Shown: piece by piece, positions 52,410-64,000 of the stretch | How positions within the stretch are numbered: the first letter of the stretch is position 1 | Layout: every line of letters starts with the position of its first letter | Source of the DNA: Eledone cirrhosa | Taxonomy: Eukaryota | DNA: 64,000 nucleotides | Assembly (NCBI GenBank): GCA_964016885.1 | Contig: OZ024743.1 | Location: 144,212,001 to 144,276,000, forward strand | Direction of reading: 5' to 3' | Made by a program: the position numbers and the translations under genes | Notes under the pieces: model-generated | What the model saw: the letters and a program-made list of their open reading frames with translations, nothing else | What the model was told of the DNA's origin: nothing | Databases searched by the model: none

Positions 52410-52900
52410 ATCTTCATCAGTACAGCATGTCACCAATCCTCAAGGTTCTTTGTCATCTCCAGTGTGATGTTCAGCTTCTTAATGTCAGTCCTCACTCCCT
52501 AATCCCATGTCTTCCTGAGTCTTCATCTTCCACAAGTCCCTTCTACTGACATTTCTCTGAAATTCTTTATGCACCTGTCATCTTCCATATGTATCATATG
52601 TCCCTATCAATGCATTACATCCAATTCCTTTTATGTCAAGTTTTTCTCTCAACTTGCTTATGCTATGTCAATCGTGCACACTGATATTACACTTTCACAG
52701 AGCATTCTTGCTTCCTTTCTTTCTAGTCTTTGTATGTCTTCTGCAGCCAAGGCCCATGTCTCACTGACATGTTGTATTGAAGTTGGCATGTAGGTACCAT
52801 ACAGCCTATTCTTCACTCAGAGAGAGAAGCCTTTGTTGTTAGCAGGGAAACTAGTTCTCTAAACTTCTTCAAGCCTGTTTTTACCCTGATTACCAGGCTT
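52410..52900 (-). pseudogene. Degraded RTE 3' fragment
   Basis: Decayed match to the C-terminal RTE ORF (HVSETWAL, RLERKEARML). Confidence 0.65.
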
Positions 52901-53491
52901 ACATAAATTTCTGATGGAAGGTTTTTAGATGGATATTATCACTTTAAAATATATGGTTTTGTATTGTAGAACCAGGGGCAATTCCAGGTGGTTTGGTATC
53001 AAAAGGGTTTAAATTCTTATACTTCATGTTTTTGTAAGCAAGAAGATTTTGATAAATACCTGATATCCTGATAGATGTTACTTAAGGACTGAAGTAGTCA
53101 TTTTATTTATCCATTTATTTCTATTTTTGGAAGATCTCTTTTGAAGACAATGAAGGAGGGAATGAAACATTACACATCATAAGTACCTGTACAGGTGTGG
53201 AAATGATTGCAGTGAAAAAAAAAGATAGTAGGTGAATATGGAGAAAGTGAGAAGGGTGGAGGAAATACAAGAAAATACAAATCGTAATGAAAATTTCTGC
53301 ATGAGGGATTTTGCAAATATCAGGATTGCATTGATGTAAGATTTGATAGCAGACTGTTATCTGGTTTGGACCAATGCCACTAGATGTAAAACATAACACA
53401 TATGATTCACTGACGTCAGTATCATATATATATATTGTATATGTATATATGTATGTATATATATATATATATATATATTTGTGTGTATATG

Positions 53492-53584
<93 letters not shown>

Positions 53585-53593
53585 TATATATAT

Positions 53594-54193
53594 GGTTAGG
53601 CAGACCCAGAAAAACCTGGGACGACTTGATAAATTCCGACCTCACACACTTACACCTCACTAAGACAATGTCACTGGACCGAGATCTTTGGCGCTACACA
53701 GTAATACAGAAGACCCGCCTTGCCTAAGTACAAAGTGAAACCTACTACAGTCAGAAGGCACCTCTTAACAAAAATACACCCCCGTCCCACTACCCCCACC
53801 CCATCCACACCACCCCTTTCGATGTAAAGTTATGTTGGTACCACAACATCCAGTCCGAAACAAATGAGGTCATGTAGGTGTCACGACAAAAAGAAAACAC
53901 ACAGTCCACGCTGTAATGTGGCCATGTAGGTAACATGGTAAAAACCTCCCAGTCCACACTGTAAACGTGATTGGTGTTAGGAAGGGCATCCAGCCGTAGA
54001 AAACCCGCCAGACAGTCCTATACGAGCAAGACTACCAATCTTGCCTCAAGTGGGAAAATTCCCGTCCAAACCCATGGAAGATGGACGTTAAACGATGATG
54101 ATGATATATATATGTGTGTGTGTGTATATATATATAAACCTATGCAAGCGTGGAAGATGGAAGTTAAACGATGATGATGATGATGATGATGAT
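53594..54193 (+). mobile_element. RTE 3' end (ORF tail and UTR) plus a second short 3' stub, inside (TA)n
   Basis: [20 protein letters not shown]..., UTR similar to 59020-59420, (GAT)n tails. Confidence 0.9.
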
Positions 54194-54194
54194 G

Positions 54195-54246
<52 letters not shown>

Positions 54247-54266
54247 TGTATATGTATGTGTGTGTG

Positions 54267-54337
<71 letters not shown>

Positions 54338-54592
54338 ATATATATATACAAAATATTGAATGCAACAAGAACAACATATTTCAAGATATGATCAAATAAC
54401 TGCATTGGGGGTGAAGAATTATATTTTTCTTGATCCTATCTGACATGGTTATTGATTATTGTAGAATATTTAAGCAGTACAAGATGGTGAAATGATTCAA
54501 CCAGTAAATTGAACTCATCTCTTCTTCGAAATATGTAAGAGGCAGTGAAAAATATCTGAAAAGTCTTAATAAAATACGGTCAGACATCTACT

Positions 54593-54651
54593 TCATTCTT
54601 GTGTGTTAATCTCCTGTTGGCTGAATTTGTAGTCTGGTTGATCCCCTTCAT
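54593..54651 (-). CDS. Putative terminal exon of the second gene
   Basis: ctaac branch-like motif and attctgtag acceptor; phase 1 joins the 59965 exon to give ...H-D-EGDQPDYKFSQQEINTQE*. Confidence 0.35.
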
Positions 54652-54713
54652 CTACAGAATAGTTTTCTTGTTGGTTAGCATATAGATAAATATAAATATA
54701 TGCACATGTGTGT

Positions 54714-54747
<34 letters not shown>

Positions 54748-54888
54748 TCATATATATGTGTGTGTATGTGTACATCTCTATATGTGAATTTCTATGCATG
54801 TGTGTGTATATGTGTGTGTTTGAATATATGCATATACAGATGTATGTATGTAGGAATGTTTATGTGTGCATGTGTGTATGTGCGTGTG

Positions 54889-54960
<72 letters not shown>

Positions 54961-55644
54961 TGTGTGTGTCTGTGTGTGTGTGTCTGTGTGTCTGTGTGTG
55001 TTGATATCCATATTTAATAACTGATGAAAATTACATAACCTACAACAAATTGAGTTGTTAGAGTGTAGGAAAATACCTTGTAGTATTTGTTTCAGTTCTT
55101 TGTGTTCAAAATTCAAATCCCTCCAATGTCAACTTTAGCTTTCATCCTTTCAGGGCCAATAAAATTAAGTACACTTTAGGAGGTGCTTGGGGATATATGT
55201 CCTGGCTTTTTGTATCATTGGGTCCTTGAATGTTTTAGCAGAGTGTAATGTGTTACAAATATTCAAGACAGGTTTCTGGCTTAAATTTTTTGGTATCAAC
55301 TCACAAAAAGCCTCCCCTAATTCTATAAAACAAAACCACCCATTTCAAGGGGTTCCTATTTAAATTAAAACCTTCCAACATAATTTGGTATAATAATTTT
55401 GTGTTAAGTTGTGTTACAATTATCATCTTAATCATGAAATAATTTATAAGTTTAGCAAATCACTCTAAATTCAACATTAATTAATTGAAATACAATGTAT
55501 TTCATTAGAAATATAATCACAAAAGAGTTCAACTGTTTATATTTATCCCAAACCCTTCCATTATAACTTTATGTAAGAACTTCAGTTAAGTTATGTTCCA
55601 AACACCAGCTTAATCATATTAATAATATTATTAATAATATTACA

Positions 55645-55833
55645 AGGCGGTGGATTGGCAGTATCGGTAGAGCATCGGACACCATGCTTTCCAGCATAGT
55701 TACGTCCCTTTACGATCTGAGTTCAAATCCCACCGAGGTTAACTTTGCCTTTCATCCTTATGGGGTCGATAAAATAAAGTACCAGTAATGCACTGGATAA
55801 TTTCTGGCCTTGTGCCTAAAGTAGAAACAATTA
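55645..55833 (+). mobile_element. Full-length family-A SINE nested in a TTAA MITE
   Basis: Flanked by attattaataatattac duplication. Confidence 0.85.
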
Positions 55834-56108
55834 TTAATAATATTACTAAATCTTTCTAAATTCTTGTTTACTTTCAAAATTATTTGAGAATCTTAGGCAG
55901 TGTCTTTCATTAGAAATATGGTAATGAAAGTGGTAGAGATAATTTCTTCTTTTATTAACATCTTCCTTTGAAACCCTGTCTGACTAAACCACAAAACAAT
56001 TAAATATAAATTCATAGATATAAATAAATGTCTACTTGACGACAAGTATGTAAAATAATTTACACATGAAGAAATTAATTTTATATTTTTAGAATTATGT
56101 TCCTTGAA

Positions 56109-56588
56109 TCTAAACTATAATAAAGTAAGAAGCGCGGGACTGCGTACGGTTTATAATTTGTTATCCCATTAGTAAAATAAGTTGTATTACTTTGAATAAA
56201 TAATGAATGAATATTACATAATTTATCTACTAAATTTCGTGGCTGTTCATTAAATATATTTTATTATTTATTTAAAGATTCACTTCTTTAAAATTTTTAA
56301 ATGTCAACACTTCCAGTGCTGATTGCTTCAATAAACATATTCATTTTCTGTCACTATTTTTTCCTAATGCAGTTTATATATAATATCGTCTTTTTTTTAA
56401 TGTATCATGATTACGTTACTGATTACATAAGATAGTGTAACAAAGTCTCTCTTCAATTTCTGTGTATATTGTCAATTACGATTTTATTTGACGTATCATA
56501 TCTACATGTATATATACTTGCGTATAATAGCAATATACACACTACACATGATAGCAGAAAACCACCCTAAGGGTGGTTTTTCTGCTAG
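56109..56588 (+). mobile_element. Non-autonomous Helitron
   Basis: A|TCTAAACTATAATAAAG start; TAGCAGAAAACCACCC-taa-GGGTGGTTTTTCTGCTAG|T end, same hairpin type as at 17085-17122. Confidence 0.7.
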
Positions 56589-58140
56589 TGTTAATAAAAA
56601 TGATAAACGATTTTAGGAGGTAGAAAAATATATTAGAACAAACAAGAGATTAAAAAGTCAGATTGTGACTAAGAGTATATCTGTTGGTGGCTAAAGGTCT
56701 TGAGCTAAAGAGAGACACATAATATGAAAAGACATATGGTTTATTTGCAATTTAGTCAGGGAGAGAATGGCAGTGCCCATGACCTTTAGAGGAGAGGGAG
56801 TGGGATGATATCTTTTGGGGGAGAGGGAGTGGGATGATATCTTTAAACTGGAGACCTGGCTCGAATGTTTGCCTCAGAGTGGAGTTTGGTGAAGGTATCT
56901 GTTATGATGATATGACACACCTGTTTGTATATCTGTACAAAATGAGGGTAACACCAAAGGTATTCACCAGGAGTAATTCTGAACTACCAACGAGTGACTA
57001 CAACGAGACTCCATACACACAGTTCCCATGACAGTTCACTTCAGTTCTTATTTATAGGCTTTTCGCCGAGTCCATTTTTAGTTATGCAGGGGTATTCAGG
57101 TTTTTTTCCCCACAACTGTATCCAAGATCCAGAGGTGATATTAAATCAGGCAACAGATTAAGTCTATCAACAAAGTGGGCCACAGCAAGGTTTGAACCAG
57201 TGCACCAGAACAAATCCCACAAGGCATTTTGCCCTACACTCTAACAACTTTCCCAATTCAAGAATGGTTTCAGTCAATGGCTTAGCAATCAGTTCATATA
57301 GAAGGTACTAATCATTTTCTGAATCTACTTTTTTATCTCATAGCTGAATAAAATATCTACCAGATTGGTGATGCCTGTGTGTGATAAGTTTAACATGTAA
57401 ACTGCTGTTCACCAACTTTGGAGTATCCTTCTCCTCCTCATCCTAATCCTCAGCATTGCAATCATTGTCATTGTCATCATCATCATCATCATCATCATCT
57501 AATGTCTGATTTCCCTGCAAACAAGGGTTAGATGGGTCATCAAAGACCAAGTCAATACTTAGCAGAACTACTGACTACTCAGACTGACTGTGGGCCCACA
57601 TCTTGGTTACATATGGTTATGAAGACCAACTTTAAAAAACTAAACCACACAACAGAAATAATTAAAAGCTGTGAGGGCTGGCATTATGTGGTGCTGAAGA
57701 AGACCTGATCTGCAGCATACAATGTGGCCTGACCTACTCCTGTGTCCCTACACAGCCAGTAGCACTTACTGACAACTATTCTAAACATCACCACACCACA
57801 CTCACCACACACATTCCTAGCTGCTGCTGCTCCCTTGTGAAGTGGTTGGTGATGGGAAGGACTTCCAGCCATGGAGGGCTTACCAAACAAAGGGTTGAGA
57901 GGACCCTTCAGTTGTGTGAAGGAGAGCCTCTCTAGTATTAGATGATCTACATGATAAATGCACCCAGTATGTGTTTTTAAGTGGTTGGTGTTAGGAAAGG
58001 CATCCAGCCATAGAAACCAAGCCAGAATCAGTTCTGTATGACCCAATTTGCCTCAAACGGGACAACCCATTTAACCCATGCTGGCATAGAAAATAGATGT
58101 TAAATGAAGATAATGATGATGAGGATGATGATGATGATGA

Positions 58141-59420
58141 TAGAGTCAAAAGGATTTAAAATTAACCTGGCTAAGACCAAAGTTCTAGTTTGTAGGAAAG
58201 AAAACAAGGCGGCGGTCCCTTCTGGGAAATGGTCGTGCTCGGTGTGTAGGAAAGGCGTAGGTAGAAACTCCATTTTATGTCCTAAATGCAAAGTATGGGT
58301 GCATAAAAGATGTAGTGGGATCACAGGTAAGCTAACTAAGAACATAGATTTTACATGTGGCCGGTGTTCTGGTGCAATAAGTAGCAGCAAGTGCCCACAA
58401 AATACTAGCTCTTTCAATTGCGCAGAGGGTTCTATAGAAATAGTGGACAGCTTCCGTTACCTGGGCGATAAAATCAGCAGTGGGGGAGGGTGCTCTGAAA
58501 GTACAGTAGCTAGAGTCAGAACTGGTTGGAAAAAGTTCAGAGAGCTTATACCACTATTAGCTGCTAAAGGGTTCTCCCTAAAAATGAAAGGCAGGTTGTA
58601 CGATGCCTGCATACGAACAGCAATGTTGCATGGCAGTGAGACCTGGGCATTGTGTGCAGAGGATATACGCAGACTAGAGAGGAACGAAGCTTGCATGCTC
58701 CGCTGGATGTGTAACAGTAATATACGTGAACGGCAAAGCATAAACGAACTAAGGAAAAAATTAGAGATAAGAGGGATCAGATGTTGTTTACTCGAGAGAA
58801 GGCTACGTTGGTATGGACACGTGATGCGCATGAAAGTCGATAGCTGTATAACAAAGTGCAGGGCAATAAAGATAGACGGTAGTCACGGAATAGGCAGACC
58901 TAGAAAAACCTGGGACGAGCTGATAAACTCCGACATCACACACTTACACCTCTCCAAGACAATGTCACTGGACCGAGACCTTTGGCGGTACTCAGTAACA
59001 GAGAAGACCCGCCTTACCTAAATATATAGTAAAACCTACTCCAGCCAGTAGGCATCTCTAACAAAATACACCCCGTCCCACCACCACCACCCCCACCCCA
59101 TCCACACCACCCCGTTCTATGTAAAGTTATGTTGGTGCCGCGCCATCCAGGCCGAAACAAATGAGATCATGTAGGTGTCACGACAAAAAAAACACACAGT
59201 CCACGCTGTAATGTGGCCGTGTAGGCAACACGGTAAAAACCTCCCAGACCCACACTGTAAATGTGGTTGGTGTTAGGAAGGGCATCCAACTGTAGAAAAC
59301 CTGCCAGACAGTCCTATGCGAGCAAGACAATCACTCTTGCCTCAAGTGGGACTACCCCCGTCCAAACCCATGCAAGCGTGGAACACGGACGTTAAACGTT
59401 GATGATGATGATGATGATGA
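58141..59420 (+). mobile_element. Young 5'-truncated RTE LINE, near-identical to 35323-36600
   Basis: Intact ORF end differing at only a few residues; inserted into the (GAT)n tail of an older repeat. Confidence 0.95.
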
Positions 59421-59509
59421 TATGTATATTTATTAAAATAACAGATTAAAGTTTAAGCAAAGAATCGCTGCTTTCACCCTTGGATTTTAGTCTTCAAATT
59501 TATTATTAT

Positions 59510-59555
<46 letters not shown>

Positions 59556-59964
59556 GTGGAAGTTAATAGACTGGAAAATTATAATCTTTAGTGGAAGCAG
59601 TTCCGGGTCAAACAAATTAACTGAAATATTTTTAGCCTGAGGAGGTTGATATACCAACAGTTGTTGTTATTGATGTTGTTGATGTTGTTGTTGTTGTTGT
59701 TTTTGTTGTTGGTGGTGTTGGTGGTGCTGTGATGGTATTTTTGTTTTTGTTGTTGCTGTTATGGTTGTTGTTGTTGTTGGTGTTGGTGTTGGTAGTGTTG
59801 ATTCCGTTGTTGTTGGTTGTCATTATCATTGGCAGTGACATGGAGGTGAAATGTTAGTTTGGGTCTGTATGTTGTTGTTTCACCTCAAGTTGGCTCTGAT
59901 CAAGCAGACTGATGATCAAAACATTTCAACCATGACCACCCCATCATTTCCCACTATAGTGTAC

Positions 59965-60132
59965 CATGGACAATATTATATAATACATTCTCCATTTCTT
60001 GAAATGGTAGGGTGTAGTTGAAGAAATATTTAGCTGTAATTTCTTGCAGGTCTAGTGAATGTGTTTTAGCTTCTTTATTGACTTGTACACTAAGAGTAAC
60101 TCCATATGGACAAAGAAATGAAATAACCACAC
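59965..60132 (-). CDS. Putative internal exon of a second, unidentified gene
   Basis: gacttcag acceptor, 168-nt open phase 1-1 exon (GVVISFLCPYGVTLSVQVNKEAKTHSLDLQEITAKYFFNYTLPFQEMENVLYNIVH), weak CATG|gtacac donor; unique sequence among repeats. Confidence 0.45.
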
Positions 60133-60879
60133 CTGAAGTCAATATATCTGGGAACAAGGATTTAATACCAAACATTTAATGCACAATATGGGATCTATTT
60201 TAAGCACACACTGTAAAGCGACTGGCCTAAGGGAGGGCATCCAGATGTAGAAACCATTCCAAAAAAGGGTTTAGAGAACTTTCTATAGTCTCATCACATA
60301 TATGACAACCTTTCTAGTGTTAGTGCCATGATAAAATGCATGTTGTATACTCAGTAAAGTGGTTGGCTTTAAGTAGGGCATCCAGCCATCGAAATCATGC
60401 CAAAAAAGGATTTAGATGACTTCAGTCTCATCACAGACACAACAACCTTTCCAGTGTTAGTGCCATGATAAAATGCATCCAGAATAGTCTATAACATGAT
60501 CACCATTATGAAGGGCATCTAACAATAGATACCATGCAAAAAAAAAAGGACTGAGAGAACTCACCAATTGTGACAAGAACATGTCAACTGCCTGAGTGTT
60601 GGTGCCACGAGACATATCACTCTGTAATGTGGTTGGCATTAGGAAGAGCATCCATACATAGAAACCATGCAAAAAATCAAATGTATGTGAACACATTTTG
60701 ACGCAAAATCTGTCTAGGACGACAGTAGTTCCAATTAAGTACTGACTTGATCCTTGCTTACACAGAAAAGCATACATAAAATGAGGATGTTGGTGATTGA
60801 GAGAAGATATGGTGGGAGTGATTCACTAATATTTTTATAAGTTCTACTATACAGGATGTTTATAAATCCACTATATGCT

Positions 60880-61745
60880 GATAACCTGGTTCTTATAATT
60901 TAATCAGTAGAAGAGCTGAAGAAGAAATTCCTACTGTGGAACGAGAACTTAGAATGAAAAGTACTCAGAATAAACTGACTGTGAAGTGGCCATGCACAAT
61001 ATGTAGGAACTCTATACGGTATACACAATATAAAACTTGAATATTCAAGATGAAAAATGGGATTGTAGGCAGACTAACAGAAAAGGTAGGCTTTGTATGT
61101 TAGGGGTAGTTAGCAGTAAGAGCCCCAGTGAAACATACTTTTCCCAATCCTGGAAAGGTTTTGTAAAAGTGGTTGATAGCTTTTGCTACCTAGGTAACCT
61201 AATTAGTAATTGAGGTAATTGTTTTGAAAGCATAGTAACTAGAATAAGAACTGGCTGATAGGGTTCAGGGAGCTATTACATCTGTTCATAATAAAAAGTT
61301 TCTTTCTGAGAATGATGCCTGCATACAAAGTGCAGTGTTGCATGGAAGTGAAATATGGTAGTAAATGAAATGGATAGGTGAAGGCTGAAGAGAAATAAAG
61401 TGAGTATGCTTTGATAGATGTATGATGTAAATGTACCTGAATGATGAAACATAGATAACCTGAGAGTGAAATTGAGCATAAGAGGAACCAAATGTAGAGT
61501 GCAAGATAGAAGACTGTGCTATGGTGATGTAATGCACATGAAGGGGGTTTGGGGATGAAGAAGTTCCAGGAAGCTGCAGTAGAAGATCATGGAAAACCTA
61601 GGCAGAAGTGGTGAGAGAGAGGATCACAAAACAGAATCTCATAAAGGAGATGGAATGTGTGGAGTGAGGCTGTACTGGAAAAGAGCCATCTAACCCAGAC
61701 AAACATGGAAAAATGGACATAAAAAGGATGATGATGATGTTGATG
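60880..61745 (+). pseudogene. Old degraded RTE 3' fragment
   Basis: Decayed KWPC, VDSFCYLG, DACIQSAVLHGSE motifs; (GAT)n tail. Confidence 0.7.
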
Positions 61746-62169
61746 ATAATTATGAGGATAAGGATGAAAATAATCATTTAATTTTTTTTAAATGGGATAT
61801 TATTCCTGAGACAATCTCAGATGCCATGATCCTAAAATTTTGAAATACCTGAACCCACGATTACAAATGCTATAATACCAAAAGATTGAAATTTCAAATT
61901 TTGAAATGTCTCATTCTTTTATTCTGATATGTTATTACCAGTTTAGTTATTGGATTATTGCCATGCTGGAGTACCAATTTGAAGGGGCTTTAGTCACATA
62001 ACATTGACCCCCAGTACTTATTTTTTCAAGTCTGGTATTTATTTCATTGACCTCTATTTGTTGAATCACTAAGTTACAGGATATATAAGCAAATACCAAT
62101 GAAAATGCAAACAAAGGGACACATACACACATACATGCATGTACACATACACACACACATATGTATATA

Positions 62170-63418
62170 TGAGGTGGTATCAAACGTTTCCTGACTGGCT
62201 CTATAGTGCCAACAGATGGCAGCACAGGGTTGCACACACATGCAGTAATAGTTAGCTGTAACTGTCATAAGTCAGTGTACCAAGTGAGACCATTGTGTTT
62301 ACATCAAGTTTGAACGAAGAGCCGACGTGAAATTCGTGAAATTTTATGTTAAACTTGGAAAATCAGCTACAAAGATATTGAACATGCTTCAGCAAGCTTA
62401 TGGCCATGAAGCAATGGGTTGTTTGCAATGCTTTGAGTGGCACGGGTTCTTCCAAAGCAGAAGAATGTCCCTGGAAGACAACAACCGATCTGGAAGACCT
62501 TCAATGAGCATGAATTGCGGAAATGTTGAAAAATTAGATAACTAAATGCATGATTGTTGGAGGACAATCAACGACATTGTTGGTGTGTCATATGGGTCAG
62601 AGTAAGCAATCCTAACGTCTGAACTGAACATGCAGTGTATCATTGCCAAGTTTGTCCCCTGCTTGCTGACACAGGACCAGAAGGAAAAAATCATGTCGAA
62701 GTTTGCAAAGTACTCAAACAGAGTGCAGCGAATGTGCCATAATTAATGTCAAAGACCATCACTAGTGACAAGTGTTGGGTTTATAGGTATGATCCAGAAG
62801 CAAAGCTGCAGTCAACGCAATAGAAGAGTCCATCATTTTCATGACTGAAGAAGGTGAGATAGAGCAGCAGTTCAATCAAGAGCATGCTCATAGTCTTTTT
62901 CAATATCTGCAGCTTTGCTCATTGAGAATTCGTCCCCCTGGGCCAGATCATCAAAAAAGAGTTTTACTGCAAAGTTCTGAGGCATTTGAGGGAGAACATT
63001 CAGCAAAAGCGAGCAGATTTGTGGCACACAAAGAACTGGATTCTCCATGACGACAATGCCCCCTATCACCGAGCACTCATTGTCTGTGAGTTTCTTACCA
63101 AGTACATGCATTGCTTCTGCACCTACCTTACTCACCAGATTTAGCTCCTGTGGACTTCTTCCTTTTCCTGAAGATGAAAATCAAGCTCAAAGGTTGCCTT
63201 TTTAACACTGTTGCTGAGATCTAGCATGAATCGCAGGAGGTTTTTGACAAGCTTACAAAACATGGTTTCAGGGACACATTCCAGGATTGTCATAAATGCT
63301 GGGATCAGTGCATTGCTGTACAAGGGGAATATTTCGAAGGAGATAGTGTTTAATATTAGGTAAATAGAGAGCTTTTTTAAATAAAGTGCTAGTCCGGAAA
63401 CCTTTTGACTAACCCTTG
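62170..63418 (+). mobile_element. Full-length dead mariner (DD34D) transposon
   Basis: TA TSDs; TIRs TGAGGTGGTATCAAACGTTTCCTGACT / AGTCCGGAAACCTTTTGACTAACCCTTG; transposase remnants KLGKSAT, RSGRPS, TSDKCWVYRYDPE, WILHDDNAP, PYSPDLAPVDFFLF with many stops. Confidence 0.92.
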
Positions 63419-63868
63419 TATGTATATCATCATACTCATACATCCACTTTCTATACTTGGGCAAGGGTTTTTATATATATAGGAGACAGCATTGAAATGC
63501 GGAGAAATTCAGGTTACCAACATTTTACTGTGTTGGCCGTCACATACCGTCATAGCCGGTTGAATTCTGTCGATCGATTGACTATTGATTAGGCGAAGCC
63601 CGCTGATGAAGCCACATGCGCCGATTGTGCATTGTTGCATAATATATGCGGACAGAGGGTGCAGTGTACTCTGCTGCTGCATTAAGTGTGGCCAAAACTC
63701 GAGTTTGGGAACAATTGAAGGTACCTGTTTATGTGTGTTGTATTGAAGCGAATAACTATGTGTATACTCTGGGAGTGTATTTAACATTACCTATTGAGTA
63801 CGTTGAGATGTAACCAGTCCTAGCAGTGATACCTATGCTAGTTCCATCAATTTATTATATATATATAT

Positions 63869-64000
63869 GTAGGCAACACGGTAAAAACCTCCCAGCCCCA
63901 CACTGTAAATGTGGTTGGTGTTAGGAAGGCATCCAGCTGTAGAAAACCCGCCAGACAGTCCTATGCGAGCAAGACAACCACTCTTGCCTCAAGTGGGAAA
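63869..64000 (+). mobile_element. RTE 3' UTR fragment running off the window
   Basis: Matches 59221-59350. Confidence 0.85.

Noticed and set aside
63509-63787. 92-aa minus-strand ORF in CpG-richer sequence
   Set aside because: No recognisable motif or splice context; left unassigned.

Overview
AT-rich, repeat-dominated animal genomic DNA, most likely a coleoid cephalopod (Octopus-like), judged from dense (TA)n/(CAT)n microsatellites, tRNA-derived SINEs and RTE LINEs; the species is an inference. Most entries in the ORF track are microsatellite artefacts. By hand I assembled one complete spliced minus-strand gene: six coding exons between 34943 and 8260, all GT-AG with consistent phases, encoding a 222-aa four-transmembrane CD20/MS4A-like protein. 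Two further phase-compatible exons (60132-54593) may be the 3' end of a second gene. The rest is transposons: young RTE LINEs with a PHD-like finger, an R4/Dong-like LINE, three different Penelope-like elements (PLEs), Helitrons, a dead mariner, hAT and TTAA MITEs, SINEs and probable solo LTRs. The most striking unexplained layer is a set of short inserts sitting in (TA)n tracts that carry minimal hammerhead-ribozyme motifs, several of them folded back into near-perfect palindromes (28.5 kb, 40.5 kb, 48.7-49.6 kb). No database search or RNA-folding program was run; all assignments are from motif recognition by eye.
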